A stretch of 64,000 nucleotides of DNA from Zygnema circumcarinatum SAG 698-1b (taxonomy: Eukaryota; Plantae; Zygnematophyceae). Position numbers and translations under genes: made by a program. Positions 34,514-48,800 of this stretch are shown here, one piece after another; within the stretch, counting starts at the first letter, position 1; every line of letters starts with the position of its first letter. Under the pieces are notes generated by a model. That model ran no database searches, was not told where the DNA came from, and saw only the letters and a list, made by a program, of their open reading frames with translations. The DNA is taken from positions 186,001 through 250,000 of the forward strand of contig CM074810.1 of NCBI GenBank assembly GCA_037447605.1, written 5' to 3'.

Positions 34514-35675
34514 GTGTCGTAATATGGAATACTCCATCCGTGTGCGTTGCAATGTGTGGGGTGACACATGCGCCATGTTACGTAAACCACTCTCATGTCT
34601 GTACGACGCCCAACCGAACTAGGCAGCATGGAAGCAACCATCCATTCAGGCCCTAAACGAGTGGCGCAGAGCAGAGGAATGGGCCCCCCTTCAAAGCTTC
34701 AAAGTAGAGAATGGCCATATGGAAACTCACTCGCACAGTCAAAGTCGACAAGAAACATTGACTAATGATGACTAAAGGGTGGTACTAACGGTGGACTATA
34801 GAAAAAAAAAAAAGACTAAAGTCTATCCGGCTCGGCGCGTTTTAGACCACTAAAACTAACTAGCTAAACTATTATCATTTCGAAGAAAAGGTAAAGAATA
34901 ACTAACTAGCTTGGTCAGTCAGAGCAAGCTTTTCAGGCCCGTCAGGGTATAACTCAAACTTACGAGAACGGCAGTTTATCAACCAAGTGGCTAAAGTGAC
35001 TAAAGTCTCCCCACAAGAGGCGCACGGACGGCCCACGCCCCTGGCTAGCCAGCCTCATGGCTGCCTCCCATTTGACCAGGTTGACTAACTAAAGTGATGA
35101 CCCGGGAGACCAATTGCCGAAAGGATACTTTTAGCCATAGTCTAGCCAAGCTCGAGTTACCCCCGCGACTGACTACATGTGCTGACACTTCCCGTTACAA
35201 CATTCGACTTTTTCTACGATCCACACACGTGTAAAAGCAGCGTTTGATTGGTTGACGTCCACGTCAGCTCGACACTACTGGCCGGTGGCCGTAAAACTGT
35301 AACTCTTAGGTCCAAACTAGTCGACAGAGCGGTGACATGGAACCGCCGCGATTGGCTGCACCTTACCGTTGCCCTCATTCAAATTTTGGAACGCGTCGGA
35401 CTCGTCTGCCCTCCCTCCCTCTCCCTACCCCTCCCGCTCCCTCTCCCTCTCTCCCGCCCTCTCCGTCTCTCTTCCTCTTACTCTCCCACTCACTTCCTCT
35501 CACTCCCTCCTTCTCCCTTCCCTCCCTTCTCTCTCCTTTCTCCCTCCCTCCTCCTCCCTGCTCTCTCCCTCCCTCGTTTCCTTCCCTTTAGCAGCACGCC
35601 ACAAGCCTGACACGCCTGCACAAACCCTAAAACTGAAAAACCGTAGAACTTGCTAACCCTAACTGTGCATGGAAC

Positions 35676-38600
35676 ATGGCCCTCCGGCCCTTAACCCCGG
35701 GGCCTCCCAAGGCCCCTCCCTTTAACCCTAATGACGATGACACAGAGCGCTTGCGCGTTCGTGAAAAGAAGAAAGCGGCGCTCAGGAAGTCGATCCTTCC
35801 GGACTTGGACTCGGCAGGGAGTGGGAGAGGGAGGGTGGGAGAGGGAGGGGAGGGAGGGGAAGGGTTAGGGTTCAGGGAAGGGCTCAGCTCGGAGAAGATT
35901 TCGGAGCTGCTGCAGAACTGCATCAAACTCGCTGCTGAGAATGTGAGTGGGGGTTTTTTTTATGGTTTTTGCATTTTTTGGTATAATGTAGGATTGGAGG
36001 TCTTAGGGTTTTTTTAGGTTGCTTAAGCTTTTACTCACGATTAGTATTTTGTTTTTCGCTTTATTTTTGGTTCTGTATCTCATTCGTTCCAGTTTTTAGT
36101 TCTGATATGTACAACTGTCTGCTGCTTTTAGGGGTGAGCCTTCATGTATTCAATAAATAATGCCATCCTTCATCCAAACCTCCGATTCATATTCTGCAGA
36201 AAATCAATCAGCGCAACACATGGGATTTGAAGCTCATCGATCACATCAGTCAAATCATAAAGGTTGAAGACCAAGTCGACTCGCAAACCAATTTCCAGAA
36301 GGTCAATCTCTCTCTCTCTCACTCTCTCCCTCTCTCTCGTCCAGTGCCACTCTATTAGGTCACGAACTAAGCTGTACTCTTTATTACACCTGCTCTCACA
36401 GGTTGGGTCCAAAGTAAACTGCAAGTACCGTAAAAAAGTAAAAAATCTACTCTGCAATTCTGTGACAACCATGACATGGAAACTGCAGAGAGATGTTTGC
36501 CAGCATCACGTCCTCACCCATACTCGGTCGTTTCTTTGCTATTACTATATGTAAAAAATAATATCTTGATGATAATCTTATCACCTCTACAAGCAGGCGA
36601 GCTGCACTTTGGAGGCCGGCGTCAAAATTTACTCGTACAGAGTCGACTCTGTTCACACGGACACTTTCAAAGTTCTCGGAGGGTTGAGTCGAACAGGCGG
36701 ATTGGAGAGCAATGAGGGTGAGAATAATTTCAGCGTAAATTTGCTTCACTAATGTTGCCTGAATTTCCCTCTCCCTCTCCCTCTCCCTCTCCCTCTCCCT
36801 CTCCCGTGCCCTCTTCCCTCTCTCCCTCTCCCTCTTCCTCTGACCCTCCTTCTCCCTTTTCCCATTCCTCTTCCTCTCCCTCTCCTTCTCCCTCTCCCTC
36901 TCCTTCGTCCTCTCCCTCTCCTTCTCCCTCTCCCGCTCCTTCTCCCTCTCCCGCTCCTTCTCCCTCTCCCTCTCCTTCTCCCCCTCCCTCTCCCCCTCAT
37001 GCTGCTGTTGATCCATATGATGCAGATGTGGATGGTTCCCTCTCCCTCTCCCGTACCCTCTTCCCTCTCTCCCTCTCCCTCTTCCTCTGACCCTCCTTCT
37101 CCCTTTCCCCCTTCCTCTTCCTCATCCTCTCCTTCTTCCTTTCCCTCTCCTTCGTCCTCTCCCTCTCCTTCTCCCTCTCCTTCTCCCTCTCCCTCTCCTA
37201 CTCCCTCTCCCTCTCCCTCTCCTTCTCCCTCTCCCTCTCCTTCTCCCTCTCCCTCTCCTTCTCCCTCTCCTTCTCCCTCTCCCTCTCCTACTCCCTCTCC
37301 CTCTCCTTCTCCCTCTCCCTCTCCTTCTCCCTCTCCCTCTCCTTCTCCCTCTCCCTCTCCTACTTCCTCTCCCTCCCCTTCTCCCTCTCCCTCTCCCCCT
37401 CACGCTGCTGTTGATCCATATGATGCAGATGCGGATGGCGAAGTAGTCGATGAAGAAGCCCTCCAAGACAAGGAGGAGCAACAAGGAAAGCAGGAGTCCA
37501 AAAAGGTGACTTTTACATCCTCTCTGTTCGGCCAATCAAGCGATGCCACGTGGCATACCCTAATACCATAAATTCTGCTTTGGCTAACAATAAAGCTCCT
37601 CCTGCTCTGCATGTCAGCCACTGCAGCTATGGGGATTTCCATTTTGCCAGAAGCGCTTTCTAGGATTTTTTTTTTGGCAAGATATGAAGTACTGTACTGC
37701 TAAAATGTTGGAGTTATGAAGAGTACTTTCAGTTTGTTCCTTTTGTTGGGCTGGTGAGGGGGTGCAGACATCTTCAGCCACATTGGAAACGTCATGGGAA
37801 GCCCTCAATGTGAAGAAATTTGATGGTATAAACTATAATTTCAACTAAATAACCTTTCTTCTTTTTTTAAATTGTCCACGTAAATGCAAATCCTTAAGGC
37901 ATAGCTACAGGCAATCAGTTTAAAGACCGTAATTTTTTTTTTTTTTTTTTTTATTGTTGAATTGTTGCAGTTGCTTTTGCGGTGGACCCTTTGTTCCATC
38001 AAACTTCGGCTCAGTTCGATGGAGGGGGGGCGAGGGGTCTCCTTCTCCACAACCTCAGTGTGTACGGAGGGTGTGAGATAATGTTTGACTCGGAGGAGGT
38101 CCCGGAGAAGGTGGTCAACAGTGGGGGAGAGGGAGAGGGAGAGGGAGGGAGAGACACCCTCGATCTCTCCTTCATGAATGGTAGTGTTCATCCAAAAATC
38201 CTTGAAATTTAAGAATGTATAGAAGGGGGGTCGGTTTCATGAAGGCTTCAGTGATTATGGAGGACGGAAATTTGATTTCCGAGGTTGTGATTTATTCTGA
38301 ATTTTTTTCTATGTCTTATTTGAAAGAGGGGGAGGGAGGAGGGAGGGAGGAGGAAGGGAGGGAGGGAGGGAGGGAGGAGGGAGGGAGGGAGGAGGAAGGG
38401 AGGGAGGGAGGGAGGAGGGAGGGAGGGAGGGAGGGAGGGAGAGGGAGAGGGAGGGAGGGAGGGAGGGAGGGAGGGAGGGAGGGAGGAGGGAGGGAGGAGG
38501 GAGCGAGGGAGGGAGGAGGGAGGAGGAGGAGGAGGAGGAGGGAGGAGGGAGCGAGGGAGGGAGGAGGGAAGGGAGGGAGGGAGGGAGGGAGCGAGGGAGG

Positions 38601-41600
38601 GAGGAGGGAAGGGAGGGAGAGAGGGAGGAAGGGAGGGAGAAAGAGTGGGGGGGAGGGAGGGAGTCCCCTTCCTCCTCTTCCTCTGCCAGCTGATGGTCCA
38701 TTGCCGCCGGTTGTCGCAGATACGATTCAATCGATGTTGAAGGTGTTTGAAGTGGAGACGGAGATCACTCCCTCCCTGAGAGAGATCACCTCTCTCTTGA
38801 ATGACCCGCGAAGGAGAGAGGCAGCCGCAGAGGAGGGAGAGGTCCTCCCTCAAAGCAACTCCAAATTTTCGGAACCGGCAGAGCAGTTTGCAGCAGGGGG
38901 AGGAGATTGGAGAGAGGAGGGAGATGACCTCTATGATGATGGTGGAGAGGTTGATGACTTTAACGATTTTTGTGGCCCAAATGACGATGTTGATAGTGGC
39001 TTTATGGGAGGAAGGGAGGGAAAAGGAGCACCTGGAGGAGATACTGAATGGGGTAATGATGAGAGGCAGAGAGAGAGACAGGCTGATGAGGTGTGTGTGT
39101 GTGCTGAACCCTAAATGACCTTCAACCCTGAAAGTAGGGACCTTTAACTTACAAATCACTCAATCGGATTTCAGTTACTCATCATCAGTTGAATTCCACT
39201 TCCTGTTTACATTTGAAGTCAAACCTCTCAAAGATCCATGAACATATCAGCATTGAACTTGAACATAGAACCTTTTGGGTAGTCCTCTCTCTCTCTCTCT
39301 CTCTCTCCTCCCCAAATCCCTCACCTGCTAAACCCTACCCCTCTTTCTTTTGCAACTCTCTTACCATATGGCATGTATGTATGCATGTAGGAGTCGATGA
39401 TGGATGGAGAAGTTGGAAATGTGAATTCCGCATCAGAGGTTCATAGAAATGCAGCGCAGTGGTTGGCTGCCGGAGCTGACGTGGAGGCTGATTTTGGGAC
39501 CTTTGGGAGCTCCCTACATTGGCGATATCGGCGGCCCAAAGGTGCGTTCACATTACGGCATAAAGTGTATGTATGCATATATATGTATAACAGCATTTCT
39601 AGATAGTTTTCCGCTCTTAGCTTCTTTCGTTTGTGCTTAGGTCCTTTGCGACCAGTTCCTCGTGGTTCCCCATGATGCTGCTTTTGTCCATGTACATTTG
39701 ATGGCATCATCGCCATCGTGAGTTCAATGCCATTCTCCCCTCGCATTTCTATGCAATGAATAACAATATTTTTAACATACATACTAAGATTCAGGATTAG
39801 GGTTTCTGCAGATTCCTCCTCTGTACCGTCGACAACGGCAAGTGAGTCGGTTTCAGAAAAACCGAAGAAAAAAAAAAGGGAGCCGGAGTGGATCGACTTT
39901 TTCAATGCAGCCGATGTGGATCCGACAGCTGCTCCGGGAACTGCAAAACAGATCAACCTTCCGAAAGCGGCGAGATCAACTTTCGCTGATACTCTTCTTC
40001 CAAAGTACCGAATCTATGATCCCTCTGATCTTGATAGATTGTTTTTGCGACCCTCATTGGGACTGGTGAGATTGGCTATACTCTAACCTTTGTACTAAAC
40101 TCAAAGTATAGGGGGAGAATTTCATTGAAATTGAAATTTAGTATAGTGAAGGATAATACTTTACTTTAACCAACCATTGACTTTAGCAAGGTTCACTCCA
40201 AGCCCCACTGCTAAAGGAGCAGGAAATCAAATAACATTAGTACATGTGATAACCGTTAAAGGAATCATCAACGTAAAAAATAATTTACTGCATTTTTCTT
40301 GCATCCAGTAGGATTCAAGCTATGAATTCGGATATGGGCGCAGTGGGATAAAGAGTTGAAGAAGGCGAGAACGCAGGGGACGGCAGCTTCTCCGAAATTC
40401 AGTGGGGCTGAATTCGGAGCATGTGAAGGGGGGTGGGAGGAGGGAGAGGAGGACAATGAGTGGGGAGGAGGAGATGTTGGAGGAGACTTCTCTCCACAAA
40501 GAGAGTCCAATCTTGATGGGGACGAAGGTCTTGTGGCAGCACCTCCAAAGGTCTCCCCCTCTCTCTCTTTCCCTCCCCCTTCCTCTACCTCCCCCTCTCT
40601 CTCCCTCTCTCTCTCTTCCTCTCTCTCTCGCTCTCCTCTCTCTTCCCTTCCTCTCTCTCTCTCTCTCTCTGTTTCTCTCTTCCTCTCTCTTTCTCTCTCT
40701 CTCTCTACCTCTCTTCGCTCTCTTTACGCTCGTCCTATCCTTCCCTTTCTTATTTTTCTATCTTCACTTTCCGGCATGTAAGTGGTACTTTCAATTTGGG
40801 GGGTGGATTGAAAAACAGGGATGCAAGCCGACTGCCTTAAAAAACAGTGTAGGGAAGTTCTATCTGCTAATGATAACCCCATTTTGCAGGTTGAGAAAAT
40901 CTCTGTGAACTACGCAAAATCTTCCAAGCAAGTGGATGTCCGAGTGCTCAAAGAAACCCTCTGGGATCAACTTCAGAGCATACCCAACACCTCAGTTAAA
41001 CCCTTGAAGGAGGTCGGTATCTCCAAAACCCTAAAACCCTGCAAACCCTACAAACCCTATAGGATCTAACAGCTCATCTGGATGAAGCAAATCCCTTACA
41101 AACAGAACTCCAATCAATAATCTCACGATGATGTTGCATTGACCATATATGTGCATCATGTCATAGCATTTACATCACCGTTGGTGGTTTTTGGGCCCAT
41201 TTTGTCGATTTTTGCCGCACACTACATCACTAGCAGTCGCATTTACATCACCTCCCATCACCTCGCATCAAATCATTCAAACCATTGAGGCATTTCTCAG
41301 CCTGAATCTACCAGGGTTTGCAACTTTTTGGTGTCATCGATTCTTTTCAAATTTTCGGTCTTTTGAGAGTCTGGAGGGTTTTAAGGGCTTTTAGGACTTT
41401 TCAGACTCTTCAAGTTTTTCGAGTTTTTAGCTTTTAGAAGCTTCAAAAACCTTCGTACCCTCCCCGTAGACTCCCAACATTTGGCAGTTTCTTACCTTCC
41501 TCCAAACCTGCAAATCCAAACCTGCTGTCGCAGGATGAGGTCGAGTCAGAGAGAGAGACAGAGACTGGTGACTCTCCCTCAATGGAGGGAGAGGGAGTCT

Positions 41601-41782
41601 CCTTCAAAGAGCTCATCCGTACTCTCCCTTCCGACTGCCGGGCGGCCTCCTCCTTGAGCGACATTTCGGTGCACCTTTGCTTCATCTGCGTGCTCCATCT
41701 CGCCAACGAGCAAGGTCTCGAGCTCGAGGGCAACGCCGCCATGGACGAACTGCGCCTCCTGCAAGTTTCCGGAGGGAGCTAG
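35676..41782 (+). CDS. CAP-H (NCAPH): Condensin I kleisin CAP-H/Barren. Approximate exons: 35676-35943, 36200-36301, 36597-36717, 37426-37505, 37768-37825, 37971-38180, 38735-39090, ~39391-39541, 39810-40066, ~40359-40550, 40890-41012, 41534-41782.
   Basis: Motifs [12 protein letters not shown]|[18 protein letters not shown]|[60 protein letters not shown] and [19 protein letters not shown]. Confidence 0.93.
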
Positions 41783-41789
41783 GGCTGAA

Positions 41790-42080
41790 TTCCCGGAACG
41801 CTGAACCCTGATTTGGCGAAATCCCGAACCCTGAACTGGCAGAAACCTTTGCTCTGAAACTGGCTGAACCCTTGAACCGTGGACTGGCAGAAAGCTGAGC
41901 TTGTAGAAACCCTGAATCTGAACTTGCGAGTCCTGAACCTTGACTTGGCGGAACCCTGAACCCTGAGCTGGCTGAAACCCTGATCGCTAAGCTAGCGGAA
42001 CTTCTGAAGCTTTCAACCCTTGATCCTAAACCCTGACCTGGAACACTCGTGAATCCTGAACTGGCTGAGTCGGGCTGACC
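41790..42080 (+). repeat. Degenerate AACCCTGA/CTGGC repeat tract downstream of CAP-H
   Basis: GAACCCTGA, GAACT(G/T)GC and CTGGC(A/T)GAA words recur with irregular spacing. Confidence 0.55.
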
Positions 42081-42848
42081 CTTAGGGGAGGGGTTCAGCC
42101 GCGATCGCCTCCTTGTTGCTTGCTTTCATCGCAGGGACGACTGCTGATAAGTTAACCCGTTAGCTGGGGTATTGGTAGGACTATGAATGATTAAGTAGGA
42201 AAAGCTTCCTTTTTAGGAAAAGGTACTCTCTCTCATTCTCTCCCTCCCTCTCTCGCTGTCTCTCTTTCTCTCTTCTAGAAAGTCTCTCTTTACTCTTGTG
42301 CACTCGCAACCATTGGAAAAGGCAAGGGGGGATGTGGCTATTGGAAAAGAGACTTCAGTTTTTGTTTGTATACAATACGTTGCGTGTGACAGCACGCTGG
42401 TAGAGAAACCAAGCCTTCTCACTTCTGGTTGGTTATGTTCTCTGTTCGAATTGTGGATCAAGGTGGCGAAGGCATTTTCGAGTACTGAGTGCCTTGTGTT
42501 TGACTGTTATAGTCTCCCCGAAATTCCATCTTTTGAAGAGCTGGAGTCAGAATGGCCTTACTGTACATACTATTGAATTCAAGAACCCTAAAACCCTAAT
42601 AACCCTTTAGTCCCGTGAACACCCTTAAAGACAACTGAAATCATGCGACCCAAGCTATGTCACGAAAACAGTGCACAGTCTCCATGGGAATAAAGAGTAA
42701 CCGCGAAAAGAAAAGAAAAGAAATGTATTTTCCTCGAAGTTAAATGTCGTTTTTTGACAGTTTTTGTCAACTTTTTTTTTCAAGTTTGGAGCTCCTATTA
42801 CCTCCGAGTCATTGCCAGAATCAAACGGAAGAACAAAGTCCCTAGGGT

Positions 42849-45800
42849 TCAGCTCGTGATCCCTTCGGCGCCTATACTCAAAGAACCAACAAGCGAGCAT
42901 CCTTACGAACAAAACCCAAGACGAGGGTTCGGGGCCTTTAGTGTTACAGTCCATCGCCCAAATATGCCAATTCCGTCCTAGTGCAGCCCACAACCCATAC
43001 ATACACATCCAATGCTCAACATGGCATTGAACATTGACCATCAGTGGTCACCCGGCCTTTTACCAACCCTAAAAAGCCTAAAAGCCCTAAGGACCTAAAG
43101 ATGTATAGCGGTTTGCTGCAGAATCAACACACAGCTCTGCGTAGAACTGAATACCTAACCAATATTTTATCCCCTGAACACAAGCAATACCCAGCAGGCA
43201 AATAAGTGTACGGTTCTATATTACATGTCGGCAGCCAAAGGGGAGAAGGAAGGGAGAGTGGGACGGGAAGGAGGGAAGGAGGGAAGGAGGAAAGGGACAG
43301 AAGAGGGCGGTAGCGAGGTAAGGAAGGAGGGAGGGAGGGAGGGAGGGAAATGACTTTCTCTCTTGGTACCCAAAAAGACTTCAGTACTGATGCGGCTCGA
43401 GTATGCCAGAAACCTTCATTTTGTCAATTGAAGACGTGTCCCTCCCATGGCCTCTCTCACTACCCCCATCCAGAGAGGCCGTCTCACTCTCCTTTGCCAC
43501 TGTGGAGCTCCTGCTAGAGCTCGGGAGATGCACTACGGGAGAGCGAAGGGAGGAGTTTCTCAAAGGAGGGCCGAATTGAAGAAAGTCCCTTCCTCCATTT
43601 TCCAGTTCTGTTAGAAGGGAGGTACTACTCCCTTCAGGGGGACCCCACAGCCCCTGACGGAGGCCAGGGGGCACGAAAACGGGAGGAAGGGAGGGAGGGG
43701 GGGCGGAGGGAAGGGAGGTGGTCCTGCCTGCAAAGTTAACTGAGGGAGGGTTGAAAGACATGGGGGGAGGGGTCCCTCCAGGAGAAGGATGGTAGTCCCT
43801 TAAAGCTTCAGCATTCGGCTTTGTACCTGAAAAGGGTCCGAAACCACTGGAGGAATGTACTGAAGCCATGGGAGAGGTCACGAAGTAACCATGGAGGTTA
43901 TTCCTGTCCTTACTTCTTCGGGAAGGTCCTTCTCCTCCCGATGAAACTGTTCCAGAAGCTTCCGAACCTTTTCCGAATCCTCCATCGCTTCCTAGAGAGG
44001 CACTGCCATATCGAAAATTTTTTTCTTCCCCAACACTCCCTCTCCCTATAATGGACGGGCCCCTAGGCTCTCCTCCACCTCCTCCTCGTGATAATTCATG
44101 CGGAATCCGTGTATGGCCATGTGCTCCAAACTGTGAAGCTCCTCCCTCACCAATAAGTTCAGTAGATTCTCTTCCTGTTTGAGGAGCATCCTTTACATCC
44201 AAAACAGAACTAATCTCCGACTTAACTGAATGAATAGCGTGAAGCACATCCGACATTCTGCTATTTCGAACGGCAGGCTCTCTCACTACCACCTCCCGGG
44301 GGGAGCCCCACACAGAGCCTGCTATACTATCCAACACTCCCAACCTCCCACTCCCTCCTCTCCTATCCCCACTTGGCATTCCTTGACTTCCTGACCCAGG
44401 ATTGCTGCTAGAGGAGGATGGCTCTTTCAGGTGCGGAGGCCTTTGAGGAATGCTGAGAGGAGTCAATTGCCCACCTCTCCCTCCTCCCGCGTTTCTCCCA
44501 CTACCCTGCAGTCCTCTCTCTACATTCCTTTGCCTAGAAGGAGCACTGTAAAACTGAGCAGCCGACTGTCTATGAAATCCTACGTCCTCTCCTGATCCTG
44601 AAATTTCTGTAGTTTGGGGATGAAGAGTCTGACTGCTATAACTGCCCCCTTCATTAATCGGATCTGCTGGAGGTCCTGCAGCTGTTCCTCTCCCACTTCC
44701 TCTCTCTCCTTCACCTCTCACTTGAATCAACCCTCCCGCTGCATTTGACGACCTCCTACTTTCCCATCCCATTACCCCTCCCTCTGAAGTTTTTGAAACT
44801 TCAGCCACAGCTTCAGAGCCCCTCGATTGATACAAATCTCCTTCTCCGTCACTTGGTTGAACGGAAGCTGGTTGGGGTCTTTGGGCTATCGACCCTCCTC
44901 CTTTACTAATTCCTTCATTAAGCTCACCCCTAATTTCGAGATGCTCCTGCTCGCCGTTTAATGATGGGTGGTTTCTCCGTATCAAATGCTCAGAAGATCC
45001 TCCATTTCCATTCAAATTCCTATAACCATTATCTGCTTGCAGGGCCAAATTATCTTCTACTATAGCAGCAGTTACAACATCTTCTGAATCCACTTCTAAG
45101 ACGTATGAATTTTCCTGATATACCTCTGTCTCTTCCATTGCTGGAGGCTGCTTAGTATGCAGAGGAGGCCCACTAGCCATAAAGTTTCGATAATGGTCAA
45201 CCAAGTCCGTTGCCGATGGTTCGACCCACGTTCTACGAGAAGGCCCTGCAGGAGGTCTGTTTCCCACCCTCTTATTTTCTTCAAACTGAGAGCTAACCTC
45301 TCCTCCTCTGCTTACATTTTCAAGGGCCAAAGGAGGGCCCATACTGCTTGAAATGCTTGAAGATTTGGATGAACTTCCAGAAAGTTTAGAATTTGGAATT
45401 TCCGGTCTTAAAGTGCCTCGTTTTCCATCGCCTTGAATGCCGGAAAGTAGAGCAGGAGCTGTTGTGCTTCTCTCTATACCCTTGGGATTCTCGTCAGCCG
45501 TTTTTTCATCTCGATTAAATGATCGAAGCTGCTCTACCAGGTCTGTGGCTGAAGGCTCAACATATACTTTGTAATTGGGGGGCCTTCTTGAGCCATTAAT
45601 CCTCTGCTGAAAAGGCATCGCCTCACTTCCCGTACTACTATGAGCTCTCGGCCTTCCTGACTGCACTTCTCCTAGTGGTTCTCCCTCATTTTTCGTCTCT
45701 CCCTCCCTCGAGCTCTCTCCTGGATGATCTGATGGAGACTCAGAATACCCTTGAAAATCAGCCCTTCTGCTACTATGCATCATCTGCTCCAAAACTTCAG

Positions 45801-48800
45801 CACTATCTATTCCAACATGGGGCTCTCCCATGACCTCATTTGCTCTCTCCTCCTCCGCATCCTTCCCTTCTTCCTGAACTGTTTTAATCTCCTCATGTAC
45901 AGTACTATTGCTACCAAACTTAATTACCCGGGCTTCTGGAATGTTATCTAGTTCCCATCTATCGTCCCCTGTACTACCACTCTTTCCGGGAGCAGATTCT
46001 GCTCTTGGTAGATTACTCCGTTTTTCCACCTCTTGAACTCCATCTCCAAAATGTGATGCTAAATCCATACTCTCTTTAATTTTTGAATCCCCTTCTCCAC
46101 TACTATGGCCATTGCTGAGACTCCATTTGAAACCACCCTCTCCCACTCCATTCGAGACCATATTGCTACTCTTGAATCCCTCCATTTCAGCAAAAAATGG
46201 AGGTTCTGACGTTTGTTCAAAGGAAAAGCTGGGAATCCCATCAGCAGTAGATTCATTTTCTGCCCCGGATTCAGCATGAACTTCTAAGGGAAAGGTAGGC
46301 TCACTGAGAATTTCAGTCACACGGAATTGGGGTCCATTAGTATCCTGCATAGAAAATAAAATAAAAAAGAAAATCATCGTTTACGCTTCAGCATCATATG
46401 GGCAAAAAATTCTACTGCAAAAGTAACAAGAGTAGGGCAAAATGAGAAGATTTGAACTGCTTTATCTACAGTGAGCAGAGAAGTTCAAAGCTTAAAATGG
46501 ATTATGAATAGAAAAATTACCTGTAATCGCCTTACAAGGTGTGACATCCAGGCCATTATCTCCATCATCACCTGCTCCTCTTGCCCTCTAACTTCTGCCA
46601 ATCCTCCCATCTCCTCTCCCATCTGTCTCCACATGGCACTTAATCGTCTCTCAAACATCGCTCTGCCAAATACATGCAAAAAGGTTTAAAACGTAAATAT
46701 GTAAACATGGGAACAATGACAAAAGAAGGGACTGACGAATAAGAATGAACCTGAAAAGGACTTCTGGTCACGTTTTCAAAAATGTTGAGACAAAAAGCAA
46801 CTTCATAAGCTCACTCATGTGAAAACTACTAAAATTAGTCAGTCACAAAATGCAGTATTGTGAAGCTCGTTTCACAAGGAGGCCATGCTTGCTCCCCCTT
46901 TCAGAACAAGCAGTTCACAGCAACGAAGAGAGATAGAATACTTTGAACTTAGTGAAGTCAAAGAAACATGATTTTCTCTCTCATTGTTAATCCATTCTTC
47001 TTAGACAATCACAAAATCGAAAATGAAGGGCCAAACACTTCACTTCTCTCAACTCTCTCGCCTCACTCTCTCTACTCTTACCTCGTATCTCGCTTCTCCA
47101 CAAGTAGACTTAGGACTTCATCCCAAGCAGCCGTTGGACCCTCCACAGTCTCTGCAGATGCAGCTGCTCCACTCACAAGCTCCATCCCTTCAACTCTATT
47201 TCTAAGTCCTTTCAATCCTCCCTCTTCAAGCCAATCAAGGACCCCACCATTCCTTCTCAAATTCCCTTCTTCTGAGCCCTTTGCTTTGGGAGTAGTAACA
47301 CTAGAAGCTGTGGTAGAGCTCTCTCTCTCTCTCACTGACTCCTTAGTCGCTTCCTCCAATTTTCCCAACTTCATACTCAGATTCCTCCATTGTTCAGATT
47401 GGTCCGAATTCCTTTCTCCCACTGGTGGTGGTAGCTCCGAAACTGAGTTCTGTGGTCTATGTTGAGATGAGAAGGAAGAAAGATTGCTCAGTCGAGCAGC
47501 TGTTTCTGCTAATCCGGCTTCAGCCTCTTTCCGACGTAAAGATTCAATTTGAAGCCGGCGTTCCAAATCTGCAATCTGATAAATTGGAAACAGCTACAAA
47601 TTTCTATAAGCACAAAACTTTATCTTCACAAAAACAGCAGTTTTTTATATCACAGGAATCCGAAGAAAAAAGAGCAAGGTTTGCAGGTTTTAAAAGTTAG
47701 CAAAAAGCAACAGTCAAAGGTCCAAGTCGTTAAGGGTCTTTCAAACTTCCATCCTCAGTCATATAGTTATACAATGAGTCCTCCTTTTCTTTCATTATAG
47801 CCATGCAAATCATTTATCTCGGCTGTCCTTTTCCAAGACATTTCTATTTCCTTCGGTCGAAAAAAGCATTAAATGACTGCAGATTACCAGAAGGAAAATC
47901 ACTAAAACGTCTTTTGTTAGCTACAGTGCTGCAGCCCTTGGGATTTTTTTGAAAGCTAACAGTCCTCTTTCCATATCCCCCTCCCTTTCCTCCCTCTCTT
48001 CCCTCGCTCTCCCTCCCCCTACTCTCTCTTTGTCACTCTCACCCCCCCGGGCCAGCCTCTCCCACTCCGGCTCACCTTCCTCTCCAGCACTTTGGCTCGA
48101 TCTTTGGCCAATGCACACTCCTCCCGCTCTGCTTTGAGGCACTCTTGGAGATAAAGCACGCTTTTTTGTTCCCGAGATTTCTCATCTCTGCAAAAGAAAA
48201 CATCACCATATGCTTCAGAAGAATGATTCTGAAGACTTAAGGACAAGTTAAAAAACAACAAACAGGCGTCTGCCTTGCAATACATGATTAATTTTCCAAC
48301 AAATTAAACCACCAATGCTGCTTACTCACCCAAATAGGTCGACTTCCTTCACTTTATCGGTTGAAGTATAGTAAGGAAGAAGAGTCTGTTCAGTATTGTC
48401 CTGCATTGTGCGGTTTGCTACTCCTACCATGTCATCTTTTAAGCGTTCTGCCATAGAGACAAAATTCTGAAGACGGGGAGAGCTGTACGGAGATTCCGAG
48501 TCATATATCCTCTCCTCAAAGTTAGAATACTTGTCTTCCTCTCCTTCACTCCCGTTTGTCAAAGCGAGAGGAAATCGCCGCCCGTTCGGATACGTCAACC
48601 GGAGGATGTCTTCTGAAAAGCCCCCGCTTGTCTGAATAGGAAAAGAAACCACGAAAACAACCCCTCAATCACATATACCCATCAAAAAATTCCACTGAAT
48701 GATGTCCTCTAGGGATTGCACTCATGCACATGCATGAATGCCACAACATGCGCGCATGTTATCTCATTCTTGGATTATAAGAAATGCCACAGAATTTGAT

